DNA of 35,198 nucleotides, from positions 1-35,198 of the forward strand of contig PCRK01000167.1 in assembly GCA_002771995.1 (NCBI GenBank), read 5' to 3'. Origin of the DNA: Candidatus Sherwoodlollariibacterium unditelluris. Its GTDB lineage: Bacteria; Omnitrophota; Gorgyraeia; Gygaellales; Profunditerraquicolaceae. Made by a program: the position numbers and the translations under genes. Within the stretch, counting starts at the first letter, position 1; every line of letters begins with the position of its first letter. Of this stretch, positions 11,027 through 18,084 are shown piece by piece. Below the pieces are notes generated by a model that was not told the DNA's origin, did not search any database, and saw nothing but the letters and a program-made list of their open reading frames with translations.

Positions 11027-11640
11027 TTTTAGAGACAGTTCTTGTAGGGCCGATGGGAGTTAATTGCTATGTTTTGGCGTCCAAAGAAGGTTCCCGGGCT
11101 ATAATTATTGACCCTGGTGATGAGGGGCGTAAAATTCGGCAGGTATTAGATAGGCATAACTTAGAGCCGGGTTTTATTATCAATACCCACGGCCATTATG
11201 ACCATATCGGAGCGGATAATAAGTTTGACGTAGCAGTCTATGTGCATAAGCTTGATGCACCTCTATTAAAAGAACCGATGCTTAACCTCTCCGGTTTATT
11301 TTCTTTGCCTTATGTGGTTAAGTCCAAGATAAAGTTTTTAGAAGACGGCGAGATTATTACGTTAGACGATATCAGGCTAAGGGTAATACATACGCCGGGG
11401 CATACCCCGGGAGGAATTACTTTATTGTTAGAGAAGCCGGTAGATAAAATTGCCTTTACCGGGGATACATTATTTTGTTCTGGAATGGGCCGTTTTGATT
11501 TGGCTGGTGGTAATGAAAAGTTGTTAATTAAATCCATACGGGAAAGGCTCTTTACCTTGCCGCTTGAAACTAGAATTTATCCCGGGCACGGCCCTGCTTC
11601 TACAATAGGAGAAGAGAAGAAGAACCCCGCACCTTTATAG
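11023..11640 (+). CDS. MBL-fold metallo-hydrolase (hydroxyacylglutathione-hydrolase-like)
   Basis: HxHxDH motif THGHYDHIG, later HTPGHTPG and GDTLF...GR.D. Its ATG overlaps the upstream stop (ATGA). Confidence 0.85.
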   Translation: MILETVLVGPMGVNCYVLASKEGSRAIIIDPGDEGRKIRQVLDRHNLEPGFIINTHGHYDHIGADNKFDVAVYVHKLDAPLLKEPMLNLSGLFSLPYVVKSKIKFLEDGEIITLDDIRLRVIHTPGHTPGGITLLLEKPVDKIAFTGDTLFCSGMGRFDLAGGNEKLLIKSIRERLFTLPLETRIYPGHGPASTIGEEKKNPAPL

Positions 11641-11741
11641 ATATTCAAGGAAATAAAAAGATGAATATGCCAAAGGTGCGGGATTCAAGTAGTTTAAAAG
11701 GCATTAGATTTAAAAAGATGAATATTCTAGAAGGTGCGGGA
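11625..11741 (+). repeat. Junction palindrome with a duplicated 3' arm (MBL hydrolase | xerD)
   Basis: cccgcaccttt (11626-11636, just before stop 11638-11640) pairs with aaaggtgcggg (11672-11682). The inner hairpin is atattca (11641-11647) / tgaatat (11662-11668). A second 3' arm, aaaaagatgaatattctagaaggtgcggg (11712-11740), lies 57 nt after the first copy (11655-11682) and abuts ATG 11741. Confidence 0.75.
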
Positions 11742-12628
11742 TGAAAGAGCTAATTGATACATTTCTTAATTATCTTTCGGTTGAGCGCGGGTTATCCAAT
11801 AATACGATTATCGCTTACCGTGAAGATTTAAATAAGTATTTAGATTTTATGGAAAAGAACCATATTGAAGTTTTATCCAAAATCGCCAAAGATAATATTA
11901 CAGATTTTATGCTTAGCCAAAGAGATGATGGAATTGCCCCTAATTCCGTAGCCAGAAGATTGGCGGCGATAAGGATGTTCCACAGGTTTCTAGCCCGCGA
12001 GAGAATCCTGAAAACTGATCCCAGCACTTTAATAGACTCTCCTAAATTATGGAAGAGGGTCCCTGATACCCTTACGGTAAATGAGGTCGAGGCTTTAATC
12101 GTCCAGCCGGATGCGCGGGATAGGCAAGGGATAAGAGACCGGGCAATATTAGAGACGCTTTATGCTACAGGTATGCGTGTATCCGAGGCAGTGAACTTAA
12201 AAAAAGATAATGTAAATTTAGATATCGGTTTCTTGCGTTGTGTTGGCAAGGGGAATAAAGAGAGGATTATACCCTTAGGCAAGAAGGCGATAGTCAGCAT
12301 AACCAGGTATTTTAAGGCCTCAAGGCCTAAGTTTCTTAAAGATAAGCAATCGGAGTTTCTCTTTGTTAGCCGTTTTGGGAAAAAAATTTCACGGCAATCT
12401 TTCTGGAAGCTCATTAAGAAATATGCAAAACTGGCGCGTATTAAGAAACCGATTAAGCCGCATACCTTTAGGCATTCTTTTGCCACGCATCTTTTAGAGC
12501 GTGGAGCGGATTTGCGTTCCGTCCAAGAGATGCTTGGGCATGCGGATATCTCTACAACTCAGATTTATACGCATATCAATAAAGATAGATTGAAAAGTGT
12601 TCATAAGCAGTTTCATCCAAGGCCGTAA
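11741..12628 (+). CDS. xerD: Tyrosine site-specific recombinase XerD (XerC/XerD family)
   Basis: N-terminal SAM-like domain (FLNYLSVERGLSNNTIIAYREDL). Catalytic region RDRAILETLYATGMRVSE ... HTFRHSFATHLLERGADLRSVQEMLGHADISTTQIYTH (R-H-R-Y residues). Confidence 0.8.
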   Translation: MKELIDTFLNYLSVERGLSNNTIIAYREDLNKYLDFMEKNHIEVLSKIAKDNITDFMLSQRDDGIAPNSVARRLAAIRMFHRFLARERILKTDPSTLIDSPKLWKRVPDTLTVNEVEALIVQPDARDRQGIRDRAILETLYATGMRVSEAVNLKKDNVNLDIGFLRCVGKGNKERIIPLGKKAIVSITRYFKASRPKFLKDKQSEFLFVSRFGKKISRQSFWKLIKKYAKLARIKKPIKPHTFRHSFATHLLERGADLRSVQEMLGHADISTTQIYTHINKDRLKSVHKQFHPRP

Positions 12629-12654
12629 ACTGATAGGCTGTAAGAAGCGGAAAT

Positions 12655-13989
12655 ATGAGTAGCCGAGGTTTAAACCTCGGCTGCCGGCAGAGATGTAAGG
12701 AAGGAGTATTGAAGATTTTAAGTAAAATACCGGAAGAATTAAGAAGTCTAATAAATAAGCTGCACAAGCAGGCCTTAGCAGAAAATTTAAAGGTTTATCT
12801 TGTAGGCGGGTTTGTGCGCGATCTCATTTTGAGAGTTAAGAATCTGGATCTGGATATAGTTATTGAAGGAGATGGTATAAAGTTTGCGGAAAGATTCGCC
12901 ATGCCCTTCGGGGTTAAACTTACCGCGCACAGGCAATTCGGCACAGCCACGGTTTTGTTAAAATCCGGGCTTAAGGTTGATTTCTCAAGCGCCAGAAAAG
13001 AATCATACCCTAAGCCCGCGCATTTACCGATAGTTTCTTATGGGTTATTAAGAGATGATTTATTCCGTCGGGATTTCACTATTAATGCCATGGCTATAAG
13101 CTTATCCGATGGGTCCCTTGTTGATTATTTTGACGGTAGGGGCGATTTAGTTAATAAAAAAATACGCGTTTTGCATGATTTAAGTTTTAAGGATGATCCT
13201 ACCCGGATATTAAGGGCAGTGCGTTTTGAGCAAAGATATGATTTTAATATAGAACCCAAGACGCTTAAACTGCTTAAGGAAGCGGGTAAGCTTAAGATGT
13301 TAGAGAAGGTTCATCCGCACAGGATGCGGGATGAGCTAATTTTAGTTTTAAAAGAGGGCAATCCTTTAAAAGAAATTAGGCGGATAAAACAGTTGGCGGG
13401 TTTTAAGTTTATTCATCCTAATCTTAATGTCTCAGTAAAAACTTATTCGTATTTTAAGTCTTTAGAAAAAGAGGTTAAATGGTTTAATAAAAATTACCCT
13501 CAACGCAGAAGTTTAGATACTTGGTTAATTTATCTCATGGGATTACTGGATTCTCTTAATGCCGGGGCAATCAGGAATGTTTGCGAAAAATTCGGGCTGC
13601 GCAAGGGAGAAAAGAAGAGGTTGTCAAGCTATAAACAGATTACGCATAAGTTCATCGTTGATTTAAGTAATTCTAAAGTTAAGCCGTCTAGGATATTTGC
13701 TTCATTAGAGCCGTTAAGTTATGAGACGATTATTTCCTTAAGGGCAAAATACAATAATCCCGTATTTAAGCGGCACATTGCGGATTTCTTAGAGATTTAT
13801 AACGGTATGCGTATTTTTGTTTCGGGGAACGATTTGCATGGGCTGGGATTAGTTCCTGGGCCGCAGTATCAGAAAATATTCGCGCAGGTCCTAAATGCCA
13901 AGCTTAACGGAGAAGTTAAAGATAAAAGAGAGGAATTATCCCTGATCAGGGAATTATTAAACAAAAGGCACCCAATTCTAAGAGGATGA
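12655..13989 (+). CDS. CCA-adding enzyme / poly(A) polymerase family nucleotidyltransferase (start uncertain)
   Basis: PolyA_pol head motif GGFVRDLILRVKNLDLDIV and RDFTINAMA. The first 27 nt after ATG 12655 are a perfect palindrome. In-frame TTG 12709, preceded by aaggaaggag, is an alternative start. Confidence 0.75.
   Translation: MSSRGLNLGCRQRCKEGVLKILSKIPEELRSLINKLHKQALAENLKVYLVGGFVRDLILRVKNLDLDIVIEGDGIKFAERFAMPFGVKLTAHRQFGTATVLLKSGLKVDFSSARKESYPKPAHLPIVSYGLLRDDLFRRDFTINAMAISLSDGSLVDYFDGRGDLVNKKIRVLHDLSFKDDPTRILRAVRFEQRYDFNIEPKTLKLLKEAGKLKMLEKVHPHRMRDELILVLKEGNPLKEIRRIKQLAGFKFIHPNLNVSVKTYSYFKSLEKEVKWFNKNYPQRRSLDTWLIYLMGLLDSLNAGAIRNVCEKFGLRKGEKKRLSSYKQITHKFIVDLSNSKVKPSRIFASLEPLSYETIISLRAKYNNPVFKRHIADFLEIYNGMRIFVSGNDLHGLGLVPGPQYQKIFAQVLNAKLNGEVKDKREELSLIRELLNKRHPILRG
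12661..12682. repeat. Perfect 22-bp palindrome downstream of xerD
   Basis: agccgaggttTAAAcctcggct is its own reverse complement. It would form a 9-bp stem with a ttaa loop. Confidence 0.8.
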
Positions 13990-14021
13990 ATTGGTGCCCA
14001 TAACCATGGGAGTTAGTTAAG

Positions 14022-14426
14022 ATGTCAAGACAGGATAAGGTAGGGGAGGCAATCAGGCAGGAAGCGAGCATTATAATACATGATAAGTTAAAAGATCCGC
14101 GCTTAGGATTTATAACCATTACTCGTGTCGAGATGACCCATGACTTAAGGTTCGCTAAAATATTTTTTAGCGTATTGGGTAATGAAGAGGCTTATAAAAA
14201 GACTAAGGAAGCCTTGAATTCCTCTATGGGGTTTGTGCGTAGATTAGTCGCCCGGAGGTTGAATTTAAGGTTTGCTCCGGAGATCGCCTTTTACGAGGAC
14301 AGGTCTACTGAGTATAGCGTGCACATTGAAGAGATTTTAAATAAAATAAAAGAGTCTGATAAATCTTGCCCTTCCCCTAATGAAGCGGCCGGAGGGGACG
14401 GAAATGAGAAAGAAGGCGCGGGGTAA
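14022..14426 (+). CDS. rbfA: Ribosome-binding factor A
   Basis: RbfA core RVGEAIRQEASIIIHDKLKDPRLGFITITRVEMTHDLRFAKIFFSV. The Gly/Glu-rich C-terminal tail is encoded by a junction repeat. Confidence 0.9.
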   Translation: MSRQDKVGEAIRQEASIIIHDKLKDPRLGFITITRVEMTHDLRFAKIFFSVLGNEEAYKKTKEALNSSMGFVRRLVARRLNLRFAPEIAFYEDRSTEYSVHIEEILNKIKESDKSCPSPNEAAGGDGNEKEGAG

Positions 14427-14448
14427 ATATGAAAGAAGGTGCGGGGTG
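14404..14448 (+). repeat. Two tandem 3'-arm units of the junction repeat (rbfA | nrnA)
   Basis: atgagaaagaaggcgcggggt (14404-14424, ending in the rbfA stop) is followed by atgaaagaaggtgcggggtg (14429-14448, ending in GTG 14446). No matching 5' arm is nearby. Confidence 0.7.
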
Positions 14449-15459
14449 GACAAGGCAAGCCTAAAAAAAGTTGTCGCAGCAATAAAAAGGTATAAGCGCT
14501 TCTTAATTACAACACATACTTCTCCTGAGGGCGATGCAATTGGTTCGGAATTAGCGTTTTATCATCTCTTAAGGAAACTCGGTAAAACCGCAGTTGTTAT
14601 CAACGAAAGCCATTTTCCTGCAGAGCTTAATTTTCTTCCCGGGAAAGAAAGGATAGTAGTTTATAAGCCCAATCTTAAGAAGATTGGTTTTGACTGTATG
14701 GTTGTCTTAGATTGTTCTGATTTGAATCGCGCGGGCCAGGTGTGTAAGTTAAACAAAGGTAATAAGCCCGTAATAAATATAGACCACCATATAAGTAACA
14801 ATAATTTTGGCATTGTGAATTTGGTTGATGCTGGGGCATCTTCTGCCTCTGAAGTGGTTTATAGCCTATATAAAGAGATGCGCGTGCCTTTTGATAAAGA
14901 TTCAGCGCTGGTTTTGTATGTTGGTATGATGACTGACACCGGTTCATTCCGTTATTCCAATACCTCGGGTTTTACTCATAAGGCGGTAGGGGAGTTGATG
15001 CGTTTTGGTTTTGATGTTCGCAGGACCTATAGTAATATTTATGAGAGTATCCCGTTCGCGGGTACACAATTATTAATTAAAATCCTTTCCAATGTTCATC
15101 TTACGGCCAAAGGCAGAATTGCCTGGGTTGAGGTTCCGGCTAAATCCTTAAGGCATAAAAAACTATCTTTTGACCTCTCAGAGCAGATTTTAAGTTTTAT
15201 CCGGGTAATAAAAGATACGCAGGTTGTGGCGCTTTTCAGGGAGAACCTGGGTGCTAAAAAAGAAATCCACTTTAATTTAAGGTCTAACGGCATAGTTGAT
15301 GTAAATAAAATTGCTCAAGTATTTGGCGGCGGAGGGCATAAAAGCGCCTCCGGCTGCACCATGGCTGGTAAGCTTTCTGAAGTGCGCCGCAAAGTCATCG
15401 CCAATATCCGTCACAATCTAAAATACCTTACCGCAATCGCACCGCGGGGGTGCGAATAG
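14446..15459 (+). CDS. nrnA: DHH/DHHA1 phosphoesterase, NrnA-like oligoribonuclease / pAp phosphatase
   Basis: DHH-family motifs: TTHTSPEGDAIGS, VVLDCSD, NIDHHISN, MTDTGSFRY. DHHA1 motif GGGGHKSASG. I prefer GTG 14446 (agaaggtg SD, N-terminus MDKASLKKVVAAIKRYKRFLI) over the ORF-track ATG 14380, which overlaps rbfA by 47 nt. Confidence 0.85.
   Translation: MDKASLKKVVAAIKRYKRFLITTHTSPEGDAIGSELAFYHLLRKLGKTAVVINESHFPAELNFLPGKERIVVYKPNLKKIGFDCMVVLDCSDLNRAGQVCKLNKGNKPVINIDHHISNNNFGIVNLVDAGASSASEVVYSLYKEMRVPFDKDSALVLYVGMMTDTGSFRYSNTSGFTHKAVGELMRFGFDVRRTYSNIYESIPFAGTQLLIKILSNVHLTAKGRIAWVEVPAKSLRHKKLSFDLSEQILSFIRVIKDTQVVALFRENLGAKKEIHFNLRSNGIVDVNKIAQVFGGGGHKSASGCTMAGKLSEVRRKVIANIRHNLKYLTAIAPRGCE
15438..15454 (+). 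repeat. Minimal cgcacc/ggtgcg hairpin at the nrnA 3' end
   Basis: cgcacc (15438-15443), loop gcggg, ggtgcg (15449-15454), 3 nt before stop 15457-15459. It has the same arm core as the larger junction palindromes. Confidence 0.6.
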
Positions 15460-15469
15460 GTTAATAAGA

Positions 15470-16372
15470 ATGAAAATCATCTATGGCGTAAATAAGATTA
15501 AGAAATTTAAGAAACCCGTAGCGGCGATAGGGGTTTTTGATGGCGTGCATCGCGGGCACAAGGAGATACTTGAAAGCGCAGTAAGAAAGGCGCGCGAGAT
15601 TAAAGGGACGAGTATTGCCGTAACCTTCTGGCCGCATCCGCAGAAAGAAGAAAGCGTTTATTCGCTTGAGCATAGATTGCGGCTTATTGCTGAATTAGGC
15701 ATTGATGTATGCGTAGTGATTAATTTTAGCAGGCACTTTGCTAGGATTAAGGCGCAAGATTTTATAAAAGATATTTTGGTTGATAAAATATGCGCAGAAT
15801 ATATTTATGTGGGAAGGAATTTTAAGTTCGGTAAGAATACTGGAGGAAATCTCGCTCTCTTAAATAATTTAGGCAAGATTTATGGTTTTAAGGTAAGAAG
15901 CCTTAACATTATTAAGGCGCGGGGCAGGCCTATAAGCAGTACATTAATTCGCAGCTTGATAAGAAGAGGTAAGATTGAAGAGGCGCAAAGATTATTATGC
16001 CGCCCGGTAAGTATACTCGGGACGGTTATAAAAGGAACAGCATTAGGCAGGATATTGGGTTTTCCGACGGCGAATATAGATCCGCATCAGGAGGTAATTC
16101 CAGCGGCGGGAATTTATGCCGTAAGGATAATCCTTGGGCATAATAAATTAAAAGGCGCCTGTTACATTGGGACAAGGCCAACCATCGGTAGAGAGAACAA
16201 GAGGACGAATGTTGAGGCGCATATATTCAATTTTAATAAAAATATCTACGGAAAATATTTAGAGATACAATTTGTAAAAAGAATCCGGCTGGACAAAAAA
16301 TTCGCTAACCTTACGAGTTTGTCCAAACAGATCAGAAAAGACGTCTCAACCGTCAAGAAAATCCTGAATTAA
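15470..16372 (+). CDS. ribF: Bifunctional riboflavin kinase / FMN adenylyltransferase
   Basis: FAD-synthetase motif GVFDGVHRGH and riboflavin-kinase region LGFPTANI ... EAHIFNFNKNIYG. Confidence 0.9.
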   Translation: MKIIYGVNKIKKFKKPVAAIGVFDGVHRGHKEILESAVRKAREIKGTSIAVTFWPHPQKEESVYSLEHRLRLIAELGIDVCVVINFSRHFARIKAQDFIKDILVDKICAEYIYVGRNFKFGKNTGGNLALLNNLGKIYGFKVRSLNIIKARGRPISSTLIRSLIRRGKIEEAQRLLCRPVSILGTVIKGTALGRILGFPTANIDPHQEVIPAAGIYAVRIILGHNKLKGACYIGTRPTIGRENKRTNVEAHIFNFNKNIYGKYLEIQFVKRIRLDKKFANLTSLSKQIRKDVSTVKKILN

Positions 16373-16400
16373 CGCTGCCTCCGGCGTTTAGCGTTAATTC

Positions 16401-16432
16401 ATCCTGCACTATGTGCAGGATCTCTCCTTTTC
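16401..16432 (+). terminator. Candidate intrinsic terminator of ribF
   Basis: Perfect 9-bp stem atcctgcac / gtgcaggat with a 3-nt loop, followed by ctctccttttc. It is preceded by an 11-bp inverted repeat, gaattaacgct (16366-16376) / agcgttaattc (16390-16400), that spans the ribF stop. Confidence 0.55.
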
Positions 16433-16519
16433 ATCAGTAAAAACACCACAATAGCTGGTAATTTCAAGCCAGGATATCCACTACTCCTTGTTTTATAACA
16501 AGTTAGGTAAATTTTCCTC

Positions 16520-16548
16520 TTGACAAAAGGGAGTATTTTATCTATACT
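16520..16548 (+). promoter_or_regulatory. Near-consensus sigma70-type promoter of the dcw operon (Pmra)
   Basis: TTGACA (16520-16525), a 17-nt spacer, then TATACT (16543-16548). It lies about 165 nt upstream of mraZ. Confidence 0.7.
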
Positions 16549-16556
16549 TGGGCTAC

Positions 16557-16583
16557 TGAGTGGATGAAAGTGGGGTAAAGTGG
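16557..16583 (+). promoter_or_regulatory. Candidate MraZ operator: three direct repeats at exact 10-bp spacing
   Basis: tGAGTGG (16557-16563), AAAGTGG (16567-16573) and AAAGTGG (16577-16583) lie immediately downstream of the -10. A possible fourth unit is TTGGG at 16548-16552. Confidence 0.6.
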
Positions 16584-16620
16584 TTGAGGCCGTAAGGCCG
16601 AAACCACCCCGCACCTTTTT
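16570..16620 (+). terminator. Terminator-like composite hairpin with a U-tract in the mraZ leader
   Basis: gtgggg-taaa-gtggtt-ga-ggcc-gtaa-ggcc-ga-aaccac-ccc-g-cac followed by cttttt (16615-16620). The 5' strand is made of the MraZ-box repeats. Confidence 0.5.
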
Positions 16621-16668
16621 AGTATTCAAGTATTTTTATTTAAAACGTGAATAAATAAAAGGTGCGGG
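16607..16668 (+). repeat. Junction-type palindrome inside the mraZ leader
   Basis: cccgcacctttt (16608-16619) pairs with aaaaggtgcggg (16657-16668), 12 bp. The inner hairpin is tattca (16623-16628) / tgaata (16648-16653). The architecture matches 11625-11682. Confidence 0.75.
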
Positions 16669-16706
16669 ATAAATTCGCACAGACAAAGAAGAATAACGAG
16701 GAGATT

Positions 16707-16735
16707 GATACTTGACAGAAAAAATGTCAAGTATC
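16707..16735 (+). promoter_or_regulatory. Perfect 11-bp inverted repeat enclosing the mraZ TTG start
   Basis: gatacttgaca (16707-16717), loop gaaaaaa, tgtcaagtatc (16725-16735). It begins 4 nt after the gaggag SD (16698-16703). Confidence 0.55.
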
Positions 16736-17185
16736 AAGTGTTCATTTATGTTCTATGGCGAGTATCTGCACTCTATAGACCGGAAAGGCCGCCTGATATT
16801 ACCTGCCAAATTTCGTGAGGTTGCCAAAGCGTATTTCATTGAAAAATTCTTTATAACCCGTGGTTTGGATACCTGTCTTTTTATGTTCAGTGAAGAGGAA
16901 TGGAAAGCGCAGGAAGGCAAATTTAAGGCTATTTCTTTCACTAAGGCGGAATCGCGTAAATTTAACCGCCTTTATTTTTCCGGGGCCGTGGAGATAAATG
17001 TTGATACGCAGGGAAGAATCCTCTTGCCGCAATATTTAAAGGATTTCGCCCAGATTAAGAAGGATGTGGTTATCATCGGTGTTTCTAACAGGATTGAAAT
17101 CTGGGCTAAGGATAAATGGACTGAGTTTTACGAAAATTCTAAGCAATCCTTTGAAGAGATTGCCGAGAAACTGATGGATGCCTAA
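16712..17185 (+). CDS. mraZ: Transcriptional regulator MraZ
   Basis: Two SpoVT/AbrB-like halves: MFYGEYLHSIDRKGRLILPAKFRE and VDTQGRILLPQYLKDF. TTG 16712 has a gaggag SD 8 nt upstream. Homolog-like N-termini would start at ATG 16748, which has no SD. Confidence 0.85.
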   Translation: MTEKMSSIKCSFMFYGEYLHSIDRKGRLILPAKFREVAKAYFIEKFFITRGLDTCLFMFSEEEWKAQEGKFKAISFTKAESRKFNRLYFSGAVEINVDTQGRILLPQYLKDFAQIKKDVVIIGVSNRIEIWAKDKWTEFYENSKQSFEEIAEKLMDA

Positions 17186-18080
17186 TATAAAATTTCACAC
17201 TCCCGTGATGCTGCGGGAGGTTTTAGATTATTTAGATTTAAGGCCGGGCAAGATAATAGTGGATGCGACATTAGGGACCGCCGGCCATGCCGAGAAGATA
17301 CTAGAGCGGATTCTCCCCGGAGGAAGGCTTATCGGCATTGACCGCGATGAAGAATCTCTATCTATCGCGCGGGAAAGGCTGAATAAATTCGGGCCTGCTT
17401 GCGAATTAGTCCATGGTAATTTCGCGGATGTAGATATGCTCTTAGAGAAATTAAAAGTCACTAAAGTTGATGGTGCACTCTTTGACTTAGGTATTTCTTC
17501 TGTCCAGCTTCAGGATGCCGCGCGCGGTTTTAGTTTTCAAAACGAGGGGCCGTTAGATATGCGTATGGACAAAGATAGTTATGTATCGGCGTATGACTTA
17601 GTGAATAACTTAAACGAAGAAGAGCTTTCTACCTTGCTTTGGAACTTCGGAGAGGAGAGATGGCATAACCGCATCGCGCGCTTATTGGTTAGGGAGAGAG
17701 AAAGGCAGCCTATTACCACCACCTTAGAGCTGGCTGATATCGTATCCAAATCCATACCTTCGAGATACCGTTATCGGCACTACTGTATACACTCGGCAAC
17801 CCGGACATTTCAGGCATTGCGTATTGCCGTAAACAGGGAACTGGAGATATTAGAGGCCGCAGTTAATAAAACCATTGCAATTTTAGAGAGAAAAGCTAGA
17901 ATATGCGTTATTTCATTTCATTCCTTGGAAGATAGGGTAATAAAGTTTGCGTTCCGTAAGGCGCAGGCCGACGGATTAATAGATATAGTAACCCCTAAAC
18001 CTTTAACTCCGGCTCAACCTGAAGTAGCGGCTAATCCGGCAAGCCGCTCCTCAAAGTTGAGGGTGGCAGAAAGAATATAA
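17178..18080 (+). CDS. rsmH: 16S rRNA (cytosine1402-N4)-methyltransferase
   Basis: HTPVMLREV, SAM motif VDATLGTAGHA, DLGISSVQL, SFHSLEDR. Confidence 0.95.
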   Translation: MPNIKFHTPVMLREVLDYLDLRPGKIIVDATLGTAGHAEKILERILPGGRLIGIDRDEESLSIARERLNKFGPACELVHGNFADVDMLLEKLKVTKVDGALFDLGISSVQLQDAARGFSFQNEGPLDMRMDKDSYVSAYDLVNNLNEEELSTLLWNFGEERWHNRIARLLVRERERQPITTTLELADIVSKSIPSRYRYRHYCIHSATRTFQALRIAVNRELEILEAAVNKTIAILERKARICVISFHSLEDRVIKFAFRKAQADGLIDIVTPKPLTPAQPEVAANPASRSSKLRVAERI

Positions 18081-18084
18081 CGCT

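Noticed and set aside
11741-12628. The tyrosine recombinase as the integrase of a mobile island
   Set aside because: Its sequence is XerC/XerD-like with the N-terminal SAM-like domain. It is flanked by housekeeping genes on the same strand, with no cargo genes and no flanking att-like direct repeats other than the junction-repeat family, which occurs elsewhere too.
13938-13951. 14-bp palindrome tccctgatcaggga inside the nucleotidyltransferase CDS
   Set aside because: It is short, lies within an otherwise normal coding frame and has no partner features. It is most likely coincidental.
14380-14445. ATG 14380 as the nrnA start
   Set aside because: It would overlap rbfA by 47 nt and add 22 residues (MKRPEGTEMRKKARGKYERRCG) that are encoded by the tandem repeat units. 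GTG 14446 has the family-typical SD and gives a homolog-like N-terminus.
16399-16629. 76-aa minus-strand ORF between ribF and mraZ
   Set aside because: It spans the ribF terminator hairpin, the Pmra promoter and the MraZ-box/terminator hairpin. It has no SD, and regulatory DNA explains the region.
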